This document shows, piece after piece, positions 48,401-60,400 of a stretch of DNA of 64,000 nt. The notes below the pieces were generated by a model, which made no database searches, was not told where the DNA came from, and saw only the letters and a program-made list of their open reading frames with translations. How positions within the stretch are numbered: the first letter of the stretch is position 1; every line of letters begins with the position of its first letter. The position numbers and the translations under genes are program-made. The DNA comes from Lytechinus pictus (lineage: Eukaryota): assembly GCF_037042905.1 (NCBI RefSeq), contig NC_087255.1:12462001-12526000 (forward strand). The letters are read 5' to 3'.

Positions 48401-51400
48401 ATTTTGTCACAGTGCTTGTTTTGGGACACTGGTGTCATTTTATATATTGTTTTAAATGTTTACTCTCGGTTGCGTAGAACATTTACAGATGTTGATTTGA
48501 TATGTATTATCATTGTTGTTATTTCAATTATATCATCATCATTATTCTTCTTATTATTGCTTTAGTCAATATTGCCATAATTATAATTACTATCGTCATT
48601 CTGGTCACCTAATAATAATTTCCCAACATAAGCGAATAATTATATATTGATTCTTATTTTTGGTTATAATTATTTGAAAACTAAAGCGGCAGTTGTGGGT
48701 ATCTTTTTCTACACCGGGGTCTCGTAGCAAAAAGGTTAGCGATTAATCGTATGGTTGGTTTTCACGATAGATTGTACATTGTAGTCAATGAAATCAATCG
48801 TAGACAAATGTTCTACGATCATTGCTAAGCTTTGTGTTACGGGCCCCTGCACCACTATTGCGCATAACGTTAGAACAAGCAACTTCATATAGTAATACAC
48901 TGTGAAAACTGGACCCCGTCGTACAAAGAGTTGAGATCGATCCGATCAATCATAACTATGGACGGCTAGCAACATCAACATCTAAAATGCAAATTTGTTC
49001 AAAATATTTTCCAGGTATGACGTATATTGATACAATCGTCATTCTCTTGAAGATTCAGTGTGATTGTCTTTGTTTAATAAGGAGATGATAATAATAATAA
49101 TAGCTGGATTTATAAAGCGTTTTTTGTCAGAGGATACAAAGCGCTGCTATTATTACCCCGGCTTTAGCTCGAGATTGTGCAAATTTCCTGTAGAAAAAAA
49201 AAGTTGAGATTGATTGGATAAATCGTAACTCTTTGTAGGACGGGGCCCTGATGTGTTTAAACAGGGGTGTTAAGAATGACAACTATTGGTGTCCCGAGAG
49301 GACCACACCATTGGGTGCTAAAATTACACCAAGAGATTGAATATAACACCAAAGAAGTAAAAGTAAGAACAAGCAATATAGAATAAACGCTGTGAAATTC
49401 TGATGTGTTTCAACCGGGGTTTTAAGAATGATACCAGTTGGTTTTCCGAGAGGACCACACCATTTGGTGTCAAAATTACACCAATAGATCGAACATAACA
49501 CCAAAGAGTGTAAAAGTAAGAACAAGCAATATAGAATAATACACTGTGAAAAAACTGATGTGTTTAAACTGGGGTGTTAAGAATGATACCTATTGGTGTC
49601 CCGAGAGGACAACACCATTGGGTGTTAAAAGTACACCAATAGATTGAACATAACACCAAAGAGTGTAAAAGTAAGAACAAGCAATATAGAACAATACACT
49701 GTGAAAAACCGATGTGCTTACACTGGGGCGTTAAAAATGACACCAATTGATGTCGTCCCGAGAGGACCACACGATTAATTACACCAAGAGATTGAAAATA
49801 ACACCAAAGAGTGTAAAAGTACGAACAAGCAATATAGAATAACACACTGTGAAAAAACGGGGGTGTTAAGAATGTCACCAATTTGTGTCCCGAGATGCAT
49901 CACGCCATTGGGTGTTAAAAGTACACCAAGAGATTGAAAATAGCACCAAAGAGTAAGAGTTACAACCAAAGGTGTTGCAATAACACCCACAGGTGTTGAA
50001 TTACCACCAACAATTTAAAACCGGAGTAGAATGACTGGTGCTATGTACACCGCTCAACAACATAGTGTTTGTTGTGCACTTTGAACATAATGCACCACAT
50101 TTCAAGTATTTATGTTATGATTCTGAATGACGTTCATCCACAGGAATTTCTCGCAGAAAATTTGGTATCGGCACCTTCAAGCTCCAACGACAGATATCGT
50201 TACTGGATTGGCTTGAATAGAAATGACAATGGCAATCTGCGGTACATCAATGGAGACGCTCCAAGGTAAATGTTTAGAGAGAGAGGAATAATTTTTGGGA
50301 AAATTGGTGATGATAATAAACATAATGATGACGACGACGATGATGATGATGATGATAATAATAATAGTAGTTATATTGGCAATTTCCATATAGATACGGA
50401 GATATGGATATATTCAACTGAGCATTACATGGGAGATAACAATAAGATAAAATCATAAAGGATTACTTCCAATTAATAATTATTGATGTATAATCTCCTC
50501 AACCACATAAATACAATACTATTTAGCATTTTTCGTTGCCCCGACTGACTAATATTCCAATATTTCTTTAAAATGCAGCAGCTAATCAATGATACAAAAT
50601 CATAAAGTTGATTATCATAATCGGATAGACAGAGAGATAAATCTGTATATAAATATTCTTCTATTTTTTTTTTATTCTGCATTTATATGTAATACAATAC
50701 AGGGATAGAAGACCAAACATGTAATAATCCTAACGCACATTGCTCGATTTGACCGCGACCGTCACAGTCTTGAGTAGGCCTACTTTTTATTGAATACTGC
50801 TTTGTCTTACACATTTGCTTTGATCTGAAAAGTAAAAAAATGAAATAATAAAAAACCCTCAATATCGAGAGAAAGAGTGCCAAATAATTGATTGAAAATA
50901 GAAGAAAAGAAAAAGTTAGAGAGTGGTTGGTTGACTGGTCATTAAACTTGCAAACGCACTTTCATTCTAAAAATGATTTGTCAAAATAACCATTCTCTGG
51001 GTTAATATGATTGTGTCCGACCGCTGAAATTTGTCAAAATCAACCGAACACTTGCAAGTAGATTGTAGCCAACATGGGCGGAAATCCCAGGGGGGACAGG
51101 GGGGACGTGTCCCCCCTACTCAAAATAGTAGGGGGGACACAATATCAAATGTCCCCCCTACTATTTTTTGTCTGTTATGATGGTAAGAAATACATCATTC
51201 TAAATCGAAATAAAACATGTATTTTGGGACGAGTTGGGACGAGATGACCGTACTTTTGGGATGATAACCTTTTTTTTGCTTGTCAAATTTTCCCGCCCCT
51301 TGTCCTCATAGGCGGATCCAGGGGGGCCGAGGCCCCCCCCCCCCCCCCTATTGGCGGAGCAAAAAAAGGAAAAAACGGGAAAGAAAGAAGGAAAAAGGAA

Positions 51401-54400
51401 AAAAGGAGGGAAAAAGAGAGGAGAAAAAGAAGAGGAGGACGACCAGTGCATAAAATAAGATGAGGGGAAAACTTGGAAAATAAAAAGAATCTTTCGTGCC
51501 ACTATATAAAATTTTCGCTCGCGCTTCGCGCTCGCATTGCCTGTTAGGTGATTTACATATCTTGTTCAATATGGAGCTCAAATATCAAGTGTAGAAGTCA
51601 ATATACAAAACATATTTCACCTCGGAGATCGCACTTTCATTATTTTGTGTGATTTACAAATTGATTTTTAAAAAGTGCTCTGTAAAAATGTCAGTTTTAT
51701 GGTCTGAATAATTTTATCAACATTTGCTGCTTGCGCTGCGCGCTTGCAAATTGTGATTTATCAGGTACCTATTATTTTCATATATTCCATAAAGTTTTCA
51801 AAATATCCCTTCTCAGGTCTGATTGTCAAGACGTATCAGCTAGCGCTGCACGCTGGCATTTTGATTGGCGAGTTATGTATGTTTTAATATTGATTATACA
51901 ACAAACTACTTAAAATCCCCTTTTCATGACGGTTTATCAAAAATGTTAGCTCGCGATTTGCGCTCACATTAATGGTTAAAAATATATTAACTGATGCATC
52001 CTATTCATAATTACAAAAGTGAAATGTCCATTTCTTATGCCATAATATCATAAGATTTCGCGCCCTCATTAGGTGTTAATAAATATGATATTAATTTAAT
52101 AATTAAATTGTCCCTTTTGTTTCATCTCGCGCTTAGCAAGAGGAATAGGAAGATAGTCATCATTTTCATGACATGTCGTAAGGATGTCCCGGTCCTATAT
52201 AAAAACTCAAAGTAATAATAATGACAATTTTAGCTCTTTTTTTAAAGTGCAATCCATATCCACCTTACAATTTTCCTACAAAGTGCTTGAAATATAAAGC
52301 TGTAATTGACTCTTTTTTCAGATCGGAATATCAAAGTTTCATGATTTTCATGATTAAAGATGTATTTAGAATGCCTTGATTCTAGGTCTAAATATGAAAC
52401 ACGCGCGCGCATGTTTATTAAAATACTCAACTTGTTCTCTATTTAAATCATTATCCAGTTTCAGATCACAATATCAAAATTTTTCTGCTCGCGCTTTGTG
52501 CTCGCATTATTGATGTAGGAAGACCCCCTATTACTCATCCTTTTCATGATTTACAAAACATTGATTTTGATTGATTTATTTTATTTAAACACGGTAAATA
52601 GCCCTCGATCAGCCTATGGCTGTTTACAAAACATGAACAGGGTGGCCCATTTTTAGGTCTAAATCTCGATTTTTTTCTGCTCGCGCTTCGCGCTCGCATC
52701 AATTGTTGAATTATATAGCTATCCTGTTCACGATTACAAAAATTGATTAAAATTTTCCATTCTTTCTTTAGAAATTTTCAAAAATTTTCAGCTCGCGCTT
52801 CGCGCTCGCATTTTTTTATTGTTGAAATATGTAACGCCTTCATGGCTAAGTGCAAGTAGTCCTTAACAGGTACCTTTTCAACAGGTACGTATATAAAAAT
52901 TTTCTGCTCGCGCTATGCGCTCGCATGACTAATACTCATCCTTTTCATGATTTACAAAACATGAATAGAGTGTCTCGTTCAGTAAATATTAAAGGACTAA
53001 ATCTCGAAATTTTCCGCTCGCGCTTCGCGCTCGCATCAATTGTCTTCTTATATACCTATCCTGCTTGAGTTACAAAAAGTGCTTAGAATTTCTATTCTTT
53101 AGGTGAAAATTTCAAAATAATCAGCTCGCGCTCGCATTATTTGATTGTTAAATGCTAACTGCACGCAGTCTTTAAAAGGTATCTTTTCCATCAGTTCATT
53201 TCTGCTCGCGCTTTGCGTTCGTAGTAATTATTAAGTTGCATACAGATTTTTTTTCACGATAACAAACATTGCCCAGAATGTTCAAATTTTAAGAAAAAAT
53301 ACATGAAAATTTCCAAAATATTAGCTCGCGCTTCGCGCTCGCATCATATAATTAAGGATTATGATATTACATATGAATAAAGCTTAGAAGTGACTGATGA
53401 GGACTACCCCTTCAAAGAAACAAACACAAATCATCTTCGAGCTGCCGATCGGGGAAAATATGGCTGAAACAAATTTCCGAACCCCCCCTATTGGCGAAGG
53501 CTGGATCCGCCCCTGTGTCCCCCCTACCTTTTGGGAGAGATTTCCGCCCCTGGTAGCCAATAATTTGGTTAATTTTGGCCCATTTTCTCGTTCGGACACA
53601 TAAAAACCAAAAAGAATGGTAATTTAAACTAATTCTTATTCGAGAGTACTAATAATTCTTTTTTTTGGTCTCTGTTAGCTATACAAACTGGGTATCACCA
53701 GCGGCAGAAAACGATTGTGCTTTTATCATAGGATCTCAGCTCGACATACATGGACAATGGGACAGAAATCCATGTTCAAACTTTCGCCGAAGTATTTGTC
53801 AAATATTTAAAGGTAAGGACAAATTAGAGGACGAAGCTGTGAAACAAATTTACTGAAAAAAAGCAATGACAAGAAATGTAAGGACCGACAGAAAACATGG
53901 TAGATAAAGCCAATACACTCTTAAAAATATCGAGCAAGATCTCGACTAGATTTTCTGGTCACTCTATTGGAACGACGTTTTAGTGTTTTTACCAGATTCT
54001 AGTCATTTCGACCAAAATTCTATTTACTCTCCAAAACGTTTGGCTATCTATAAATTATTACTAGTATTGTTTTGTGCTCTGACTAGTTTCGGTGACTAGA
54101 AATGATAAAGCGCTCAGGGGATCTTATAATATTCTAGTAGTTACACTCTAAAAAAAAGTTTACCCAATATTGGGTAAAATGGGAACGTGCATGTTTGTTA
54201 GGTAAAAAGATGCTAAATATTTTGTAAATTTACGTAATGTTGCGTTGAAATTTATCCTTAAAACATGCATTTTGCCCAATATGCGGTGAAAAAAATACCC
54301 AGCAAATATGCAGATTCTCTTTTTACCCAATATTGGGCAAAATTTTTTCCCCAGTGTTTTTAGAGTGTAGATATTACAACCTTCCATGCAAATTTGACTT

Positions 54401-57400
54401 AGTTTTTCTGAGGGGGTGTGTTGCACGTCAATTTTTGTTCCCAAAGTCAATCATAAATCTAGCAATTAATTGCAAATGTGCACTTGATCTTCTTCTTGCA
54501 ACAAGAATTAAAAATAAAGTTTGCTTATAGTAAAAATTGATATATCAATTGTAAATTAGCAACAGAAATTTGCAATTGATTCCAAATATTTTATAGCAAC
54601 ACCCCCTCACAGTGTATCACACCTTAAATCAGGGCCGGTTTCATTATGGCAACTACCACTGTAAAAGTCGTAGAAGCCACTCACAATCAAGGTTTCCATG
54701 ACAGTTACAACAAGGGCAAAGTTACCATAGTTGTATACAACCATAGTAACTCTTTATCAAACCGATACGGGATTTTGCAAATTGGGTTTAGTGATCTGTA
54801 ATCATGGAGGGGTTGGGGGCTGGGGGCATTTCTGATACCTTTTATTGAATTTGTCTACAGAGCCAATTGCGGTTTGTGCGTTAAGAGAGTCAAACACATC
54901 AGTGGCGTAGTCAGCCAAAAACAAAATGAAGGGGCCAAACATGGCGTATGGGGCAAAATTCATAAAAAGCTGGAGCGATCTTTTAAAGAAAAAAATACCC
55001 AATGTTTAAGAAGATATAATATAATATTTTCCGTTTTTTTTCTACCCCCCCTTTTCCTTGGTTGTATTTTTTTTATATCTTTTTTTTGTGGGGGGGGGGG
55101 GGGGTGATCCATGGCCCCCATCTGTACGCCAGTGAAATACATGTCAATCGGAGATGGAATCGATTAATCTGTGACCCGATTTTGTTATCCATCCTGGTTT
55201 TCGACATGACTTTTGCTTAAAACTATATCAGAATATATGTCTATTCACTGTTTTATTCTCCCACGAAAGAAAACTCCTTTTTTGTATGTAACCTTCCTAT
55301 TCCGTTATCACTGTTGCTGATATTCTTTTTTGAATGATTCCTTATTGAAAGATGAAGGCTTTTTAATTCCAACTAAGAAGGAGAGGGAGGAGAAGATCGA
55401 AAACGAAGAAAAAGAAGAAGAAGTAGAAGAAGAACACGAAGAAGAGAAAAGAGATAAAAGAGAATGTTCTTTTTACTCTTCAAATGCCTCAAATTCAACC
55501 ACAATATACGTTTAAATTCCAAGGAAGTACAATAATCCCTCGTGTTAACAGTTGGATTTGTTAGATTTGCATTTTCTGACCATCTCTAAATCTTACTTTC
55601 GGAAGTTCATAGTCACTGTAGGGTTGGAGTTATGCAACGTGTCTGTTGACTTAACTGGTAAAAGTCGTCAAACTGATATTTTACTAACGACATTACTATC
55701 AAAATCTAAAAAGCAAATAGAGGATTAATCAAAGGAAGTATTTTTTTTTAATAAAAAAATTCTCTCATTTCACTTATTCAAGCTTTACCCTTGAACAGCT
55801 GGGTACCAATAGGAAACACTCTTTACCACGTGACAGAAGACTGGACCTCTCGAACTTATAACGGCGCCAAAGAATACTGTTTGAACCTTGGAGGGAGTCT
55901 CGCTCAACCACGATCTCAACGAGCCAACGTAAGTACAGAGCCTCTCTGCCAAAAAAAAATAATAAAAAATAACCTTTGCTATCCACTGGTAATAAGCTTT
56001 CGAGCTTTCATGGGTTATCCTGTTCAAGTCTACTGATTTTATTGTTATTGTATAAAACCCATTAATAGGGTTTGGTGACTTGGCTAATGAAATCAATCAG
56101 TCGATCAATGGCATTTAAAAAAGAGCAAATTTCATCTTATGGAACAAAGAACAGTGCTTGTAAATGTCACCCGGGGCCCGTAACACAAAACTTAGCAATG
56201 ATCGTAGAACAGTTTTCTACGATTGATTCCATTGACTACAATTTACAATCAATCGTGAAAATCAAGCGTACGATCAATCGCTAACCTTTGTGTTACAGGA
56301 CCCTGAAGGGGTTTTACCAGTGAGTTTCAATCCCAAATTTGAATTTTTTTTCCAGGGCCCCGTTGCATAAAAGTTACTCTTATGGTAACTTTGCCATCCA
56401 ATGGTAACTACTGTGGTATCAACGCCAGTCAGAAGTAAGGATTCCTAGCAAGTTACCATTACATGGAAAAGTAACCATAATGGTAACTTTTATGCAACGG
56501 GGCCTTCGTCATGACAATTGTTGATGAAACGCGCCCTCAAAATCAAGTCGTTTTTTTTCCGCGTCCCCCTTTGGCAAGACGTTTGTCTGCATTTGCCACT
56601 CTCCACCCAGGTGCAGTAAATGGGTACCCGGTAGGAAGAACTCCTTGAATGCTGGAGCACCTAATCATGGTAGCCGTGCTAAAGTCGGATAATAGTATGC
56701 AGCGATAGATAAGCGCTAAATAATTGTTCATATCAATATTATTTATGATGATGATGATGATTATTATTATCATTATTTTTATTATCACCATCTCCATCAT
56801 TATTATTATCGTTATCATTATCTTATTTGTGATTGATTGCAACTCGTTCTCCAAAGAGTCCCAGAACTGCAAGTGTGATCTAAATATATTATTCGAGATT
56901 ATAATATGTATGTACGGTTTGCTCAAACCAACTACCATTCTCATAATTCATAGAAAAGCGTACGTGTCTCCTCGGAAGTGTCATAATCTGTTTGTATTTT
57001 GCATCACTTGCAGGATTTATTACAAGCTGATAGTGGAAGTTCTGGAGTATGGATTGGATTAAATGATATCAATGAAGAAGGAACATACCAATGGGAGGAT
57101 GGTACACTGCTAGGAGGAAGGTACTCAGCTCTTCTCAATTTTTTTCTCGATATACACGTCTATAACAAAAAGTGTGGGTGTGTGTGTTGTGTGTGAGGTG
57201 CCGTAGCCGAGTGGTCTAAGGCGCCTGACCATAAATGGAAATTCCGGGGGTCGATCCCCGGCCGCGGCACCTAGGCATTTAATCGACCATGCTCTTTTAT
57301 CCTGCATTCAAATAAATGAAAATGTATGCATTCTTGGTAACCAGGTGTGCACTTGTTAAAAAAAAAAGTGTGTGTATGCGTATGTGTGTGTGTGTGTGTG

Positions 57401-60400
57401 TGTGGGGGGGGGTGCTTCCGCGCAACCGCTGCTAACGAAAAACTTTTCTGGAATTATATCAAACCTTTGGACTATCCACCTATATAGAATTGTAGTTTTG
57501 GAAGCCTCATATATCATTAAAAGCTTTCAAAATGAGGATGATATAAGAAAACAGTGTCACTATGGCTTATATGCTTTTCACACTGCACATATTTTCCTTG
57601 ACCTACGGGAACAAATAGTATGGGGCTAAGAAAAAAAGCTTAGCCCACTTCAGTTTCACACTACATTTTGGTAAAGTGGGCTAGCAGGGAAAATAGTACG
57701 GTACTGGCCCTGCAAAAAAGCAGGGTTAGCCGGCTTATTGCCGTGCTAATGCTAGCACCACAATTGTGCTTACAGATGCAGTGTGAAAAGAAACAGGGCT
57801 AAGGAAAACTGGGGCTAAGAATTAGCCAATCACAGAAGTCGAAATTGCACGTAAATCACGCTATGTGTGGCAAAAATCATTAATATTAATGAGCTGTGCG
57901 ATAGTCCGGGGTTAAGGATAGTATGAGGTTAAGGAAATGCAGTGTGAAAAGCATATATCTGTGTTTATAGGGTCAACATGAGTGATTAAAAGCTCCCCAA
58001 TAATAATTGATGAACTCAATATTGTTTACTTTTCTCTTAGTTCACCTTGGTGGGAAGATGGCGAGCCTACAGCGAACTCTGGTTTGGATTGTGTTCAATT
58101 GTCTCCGAATGGATGGAGAGTACAAACATGTTATGCTCAACTCAGATTTGCTTGTCAATTAAATCAAGGTACAATCAGTATTATCATCAATACGCTAATT
58201 TCATTTTTTTTTCATCATGTCATCTTATTGATGTTTTCGATCACCATAATTTATATCGATGTTACTTTCATCATTTTATCACTTAATTTTCTTGTTATAA
58301 TCATTATCATTACTATTATTTAATTTTCATTGTTACAATAACTATCAGCATTTTATTGTATATCATATTATTATCATTATTGATTATATTATTGTTGCTA
58401 TTATGATTAGTAGAATGATAATAATAATATAGATATAATTACCCAGGGTATCCACTACAGTTCTGAAAACTGTTCTCCCAGCGGGCCCTGCTATTATTAT
58501 TACCTCGGCTTTAGCTGGGCTGCCTAGGCACTCAAGCATTCGAGGAATTTCTCCCTACCAGGTACCCATTCACCTCACCTGGGTTGAGTGCAGCACAATG
58601 TGGATAAATTTCTTGCTGAAGGAAATTACGCCATGGCTGGGATTCGAACCCTCGACCCTCCGTTTCAAAGGCAGAAGACTTATCCACTGGGCCACAACAC
58701 TTATTATTATTACTATTATGATGATTATTATTATCACTATAAATAGTAATTAAATAGTGCATACATCTAATTTCCAGTTTAAATCTCACTGTGTCATTTC
58801 CCATTAGCACTTCCACTCGGTAATTGGATCCCATTTGGTAAGAACGACTACTTCAGGTTGCCATCTTGGCTGACTCTCCCCTTCCTAGATGCAAGGGATT
58901 ATTGTCAAACTCTGGGCGGAGATATCGCACAACCGAAGGACGATCAGTCACACGTATGTATCCATTCTTATAATAATTAAAGGGATGGTCCGGGCTGAAA
59001 ATATTTATATCTAAATAAATAGAGTAAAATTCACAGAGCAAAATGCTGAAAATTTCATCAAAATCGGATACCAAATAACGAAGTTATTGAATTTTAAAGT
59101 TCATCAATATTTTGATGAACATCGTCATGAATATTGATTAGGTGGTCTAAAGCTGTCACATCCCCTCTTTCCTTTTTCTTATGTTATTACATGAAATAAT
59201 AAATGTTTCATATTTTCATACATGTGTAAATGATGTGTCTCCATTATGATGAAATAAGTTGCGGCAATAAATAACTAATGCCCTTAATCAGTTGTCAATC
59301 CAATTGTTATAGTTCTTGGTAGAAAAAAATTAAATAAACCTAATTTCATATAGTAAAATACAAAAGAACAAGTGGGGATATGACATCATCAGCCCACCTA
59401 ATGAATATTTATAAAGACACGCCTAGAACTGTTTCACCGGAATAATGCAAATCTTGAAAATTCAATAACTTTGTTATTTGTTATCCGACTTTGATCAAAT
59501 TTTCAGCATTTTGCTTTGTGAATTTTACTCTATTTATTGAGATATAAATATTTCCAGCCTGGACCATCTCTCGAACTTTCATGAGTTTTAACATTTTATG
59601 GTTCAGTCACGTCGGCCCTTATTAACCAATTTGTAAAAATTGAAATATTGTATAATTGTATAATTAATGAGTTCTGCATATAACTTTTTTTTGTGAAAAA
59701 TAAGCGAAACTTTAGTTAAAATGTCATAACTTTCTTATTTACATCCGATTTTGATAAAATTTTCAACAATATGCTTGTTGGAATTTTCTCTATTGATTCA
59801 AATCAACATTTTTCTGGACTTGATTTTCAAAGGTGGACCACGCCTTAATCAGAGCGCGGATCGAGCTGGATTAAAATAGGCAGTACTATATAGGGTCATT
59901 TTGTTTTTGCACAACAGTCGGTTAATTCTCAAAGGTATTGTGTATAATCTAGCTGGATCCGCGCCTGCCTTCATTTTAGATAATTTTATTTCTACTTTCT
60001 GCATACGATAAAGCGACTGAGCGAAAAATTTGTATTCTATCAATCATATGCCTATCGATAAACTATAACCCCCCAAATGTTTAAAGTATTTCGACCATTT
60101 ATGCTAGCCAACTAGTATAGCCTTGGTTTTGACATTACAATAACTTGGCTCCTGCAGTTTATATAAAATATATTACAGTAAACATCGTTATGTATGCCTC
60201 TCAAATTAATGCCAGGATTTCCTTCAAGAAACGGTCGATACAGCGTTTTGGATAGGATTATCTGACACGGAGGAAGAAGGGACATATTTATGGATAGATG
60301 GGACTATACAAGGAAACAGGTAATTATCCTTATATTTCATCTATCAAAACACCCACATTCTGTGATAAAAATCCTTGGAAACTCCATAAAATGATTCTCA

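Noticed and set aside
49250-49960. Regularly repeated units resembling a CRISPR array
   Set aside because: Whole ~150-bp units are repeated with no unique spacers; eukaryotic intron; no cas genes.
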